Shown here: positions 59,263-64,000 of the stretch, one piece after another
Layout: every line of letters begins with the position of its first letter
Numbering within the stretch: the first letter of the stretch is position 1
NCBI RefSeq assembly: GCF_009914755.1
Contig: NC_060925.1
Length of the DNA: 64,000 nt
Origin: the human T2T-CHM13v2.0 reference genome, Homo sapiens
Direction: 5' to 3' (one strand)
Translations under genes and position numbers: made by a program
The notes under the pieces: generated by a model
Seen by the model: the letters and a program-made list of their open reading frames with translations, nothing else
Database searches by the model: none
What the model was told of the DNA's origin: nothing

Positions 59263-60662
59263 GTCTATCCAGAGTTAAAGTGCGTGTGATAAAACCAGTA
59301 GCCTCACCTGTTAAGGCCCATTGATCTAAAGAAAAATCTCAGGTGCAGTATAATTGTGTAATTGTTGCTAATATTGTTATCAAATTATTTGACACTGTTC
59401 TCTTTGAACAACGAACTCTGGCCCATACTACTTGAATTCAGACATAATTTAAATGAAATGTGAATGTGTAAATATATTATTGCAATATGTGTTTTCACTG
59501 CACTCATAAAACTTAGAGTGATCATTAATGACATATTTTTAAAAATACCAAGCCTCAAACTTCCACTCAAAAGCTTTTCTGTTATTTTACTGATTCATAC
59601 ATTTATTTTCTGTCAAACAAGCAAACACTGAATTAAAAATGGGAAACTTTTACATATTTTGCTTCCCTTTACCATCACCTTAATGGCTTAACATAAGTCT
59701 TTAATGTGATAGGAAACATACGAGTGCGACTCACAATTATGGTAAAAAATTCAAATAGGGATATACCCTTTGAACTTAAGAACTCTAGGAATTTAGACGA
59801 AAGATACAATCATTATAATAAGAGATTGTGAGAGAGTCATTACAAGCCTTGATATATTTACAATGTCCATTCTTATAACCAGTTCCTAGAATAGGTTAGT
59901 TGTATTGGTAAACTGGTGTCCCTGAATTATACAGGATATTCCTCTCACTACAGAGTGAGCTAAGCATATCCTTCAGAAGTTACCTTCATTTTAGGTTGGC
60001 TCTTACAGGCTTAGGAAATAACAGGAACATTGTTAGGCTAAGAGAATAGAATCTAAATTTATCAGACAGACATGGAAGCCAGAATACCTTCAGCTAAAAT
60101 CCCAGCTCTATCATTTATGTATTTGTTTGTTTTCCATTTTTTTTCTACTTATAAACAATACTACAGTGAATATTCATATATGAAATAAATATCTCTGGAC
60201 ACTGTTCAACATTGCCTTAGAATAAATTCCTAAAAATGGAATTCTAGGGTAAAGTCATGTACTTTTTAGGGCTTTTGATATTTACTGTCATATTGCCCTT
60301 CAGAATAGTTTACAATCTTCTGAGCTGTGTTTCTACGCATCCATTTGCCCATTCTTACATCTGCACTGGGCATCAAAATAAGAAAAATCTTGCTAATCTG
60401 AAAGGCATAAGATCTCTGTTTTGAAAGAATTGTACTTCTTTGATTAGTGGTGAGGCTGACCTTTCCCTGTTCATACCCTTTGCCCATTCTTCGAGTATTT
60501 GTCTTTTTTGGCATATAGCTGCCATTTATACACGTGGTCACAAACCACATGATATTGCATGTATATAACAATTTCCAGTTTTCCTGATAACATATTGCTT
60601 TGGTTATTAAAGTTCTAAAGGGTATATGTGTTAATAATTTATATCTATTCATATGAAGATAG

Positions 60663-60992
<330 letters not shown>

Positions 60993-62199
60993 TAAAATTT
61001 AATATTTTAAAATAGTTATGTTTATACTACCTGAAAACCTTGTGAATTCATTATATTAAATATACATATGTACCTTTTTCTCACTTTGTCCTGGCAATCA
61101 TATAAATTGTGACAGTCTTTGCAATCACATTGAGAGGTTTTCTCTAGTTGTTTAACATCTGCCTCAGTGATAACTCAAATACATTTGGAGGATGCTTTAC
61201 TTTATATAATTATCTTATTGCTTGAGAATACAGATTCATGAGGCCAAATCCAAGAAATACATTTTATCCAACTGGATAGTCCTAGTTATCAGATAATTCA
61301 GTAATTCCAACCACCACAGCCTTGTTTTCCTTTTTTTGTGTAAATTTTCTGTCGGGTGTAAGAGATTTGTGTCTCAGGGAAATCTTGACTTAGTAGAGAA
61401 TGAGTGGTATGGAGAGATACAGATCACTCTACTGTAATTCCATCTCAGCAGTTAATGGGCCCAGCTTTGCAATAGGATGATTTCTGAGTGTGATATGATT
61501 CTTTTATAAGCAGTAGGTACAAGTTGACTACATGGATGAGTCAGACTTTAAAAAAATGTCATCTCCCCTGCTTTGACAGTGTTCATTTCTTACCTTGGAA
61601 GGCAATCTAGTGCTGAGGAAAGCCTGCTGGCTAGAGATCAGGAGCCCTAGACTTGCCTGTAAGCTCATCCCATTTTTGGCAAGTCCCTTCAGCTTCTTTT
61701 GTTTTCTGAGTTCTGAAGTGACAATAATAATTCTGTTTCCTCATCCATTATAACTGAACATCATATAAAATATGCAAATTACACTGAAAATACAGAAAGA
61801 GCTACACAAATGTAAATTGCTCTTAAAGAGGAAAATCTCTGATTATTCTGAATCTCTGTACGTAAACTCAGTGCCCAGAAGATGCATATATGAGCTGTCA
61901 CTTGGGCCGTCTGTTTCAAAGGCTACTTATTGATGTTGTTATGCGTCCTCAAGCTATTATGCCATCTTCCATTTCTGGGTGTGGGGAGCATGGAATCAAG
62001 TTTTCAAAAGAAAGGTGGTGAAGGTTTTCTCTTGGCATTTATTTATATATGTATTAATCTTACATATAGATAGAAAGGAGAATCATTTCATCCATTCAAG
62101 AGCCATGAACTATATGAATGTCATTTCAACAATAAAGCAAAAACTACAGACTGTCTAAGGAAAACTCCGTTTTATTATTTGGTTTGTTACTTACCAAAA

Positions 62200-63310
<1,111 letters not shown>

Positions 63311-64000
63311 ATGATACAAAGGTATTTCAATAAAACTATGAGGGCCTAGAAGATGTTGGTTTGGACTCAGTCTGCAAACTCTGACCATAGCCTACAGAAA
63401 TGTTGGCAATACATGAAAAATTATGTCTTAACTACAATTTTACTAATGCTGCATTAATAAGCAGAAGAGTTTGTATATAGATAAGGAAATGACTGACAAA
63501 CTGAGAAGAGAAAGAAAATACTTACTAGGACTAGGTTATTAAATAATCATATAGGTAGCTGATAGGATTAATACCATTTAATAATTTTCTATCTGTTTAC
63601 CATCCTAAAAATTAATCCAAAGAAGTCTTGTGTTCAGTCACAAAATGTAAATTTTACTGTGGCCTAAAGGTAATCTATGTGCCTGTTAAACATCAAATAC
63701 ATGAGTTCATGTATTTTTATCCTTGGATTGGTCAATGACTTAGCAATCAATGACAGATAGTAATCTGGCACTATTTTAAAATACTCGTGTATGCAGTCTA
63801 TGGACTATTCTATCATTTAATCTATTTATGATAGCAAGTTTCACTTATGCACATCCAAAAATTTTGAGGACATTTAAATTGATTTCTTTGGATATTAATG
63901 AGAATGGAAAATAACCAGTCAACATTGTTCTCTAGGCTGTACTTTATATTATTGACATTTAAATAATTATTTGACCTTTTGTGTGATAAACATCTTTCTC

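Overview
Primate (human or great-ape-like) genomic DNA from inside the cardiac ryanodine receptor gene RYR2 (+ strand). The only protein-coding sequence I can support is one 120-bp internal exon at 27655-27774 ([43 protein letters not shown]2 exon 2, phase 0/0). The rest is intron 1 (left) and intron 2 (right), densely filled with transposon relics: about 30 Alu/FLAM copies, a near-full-length but internally deleted L1PB on the minus strand, old L1M and L2 fragments, MIRs, LTRs (MER21 x2, MER50-like, THE1 x2, MLT1) and DNA transposon fossils (Tigger6, Tigger3b, MER1A, MER58, MER5). The other ORF-track entries I inspected are repeat-derived or look like chance. I see no new gene system. The most unusual structures are: two local templated duplications (141 bp flanked by a 21-bp direct repeat; 200 bp with strongly one-sided substitutions), a THE1 provirus collapsed to one LTR plus a stub with a sense GTAAGT donor, two short minisatellites (3x66 bp; 3.3x49 bp capped by a perfect 20-bp palindrome), an Alu whose A-tail is replaced by poly-C, and inverted Alus around the exon. 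Repeat subfamily names come from recalled consensus sequences, and boundaries of old repeats are approximate.
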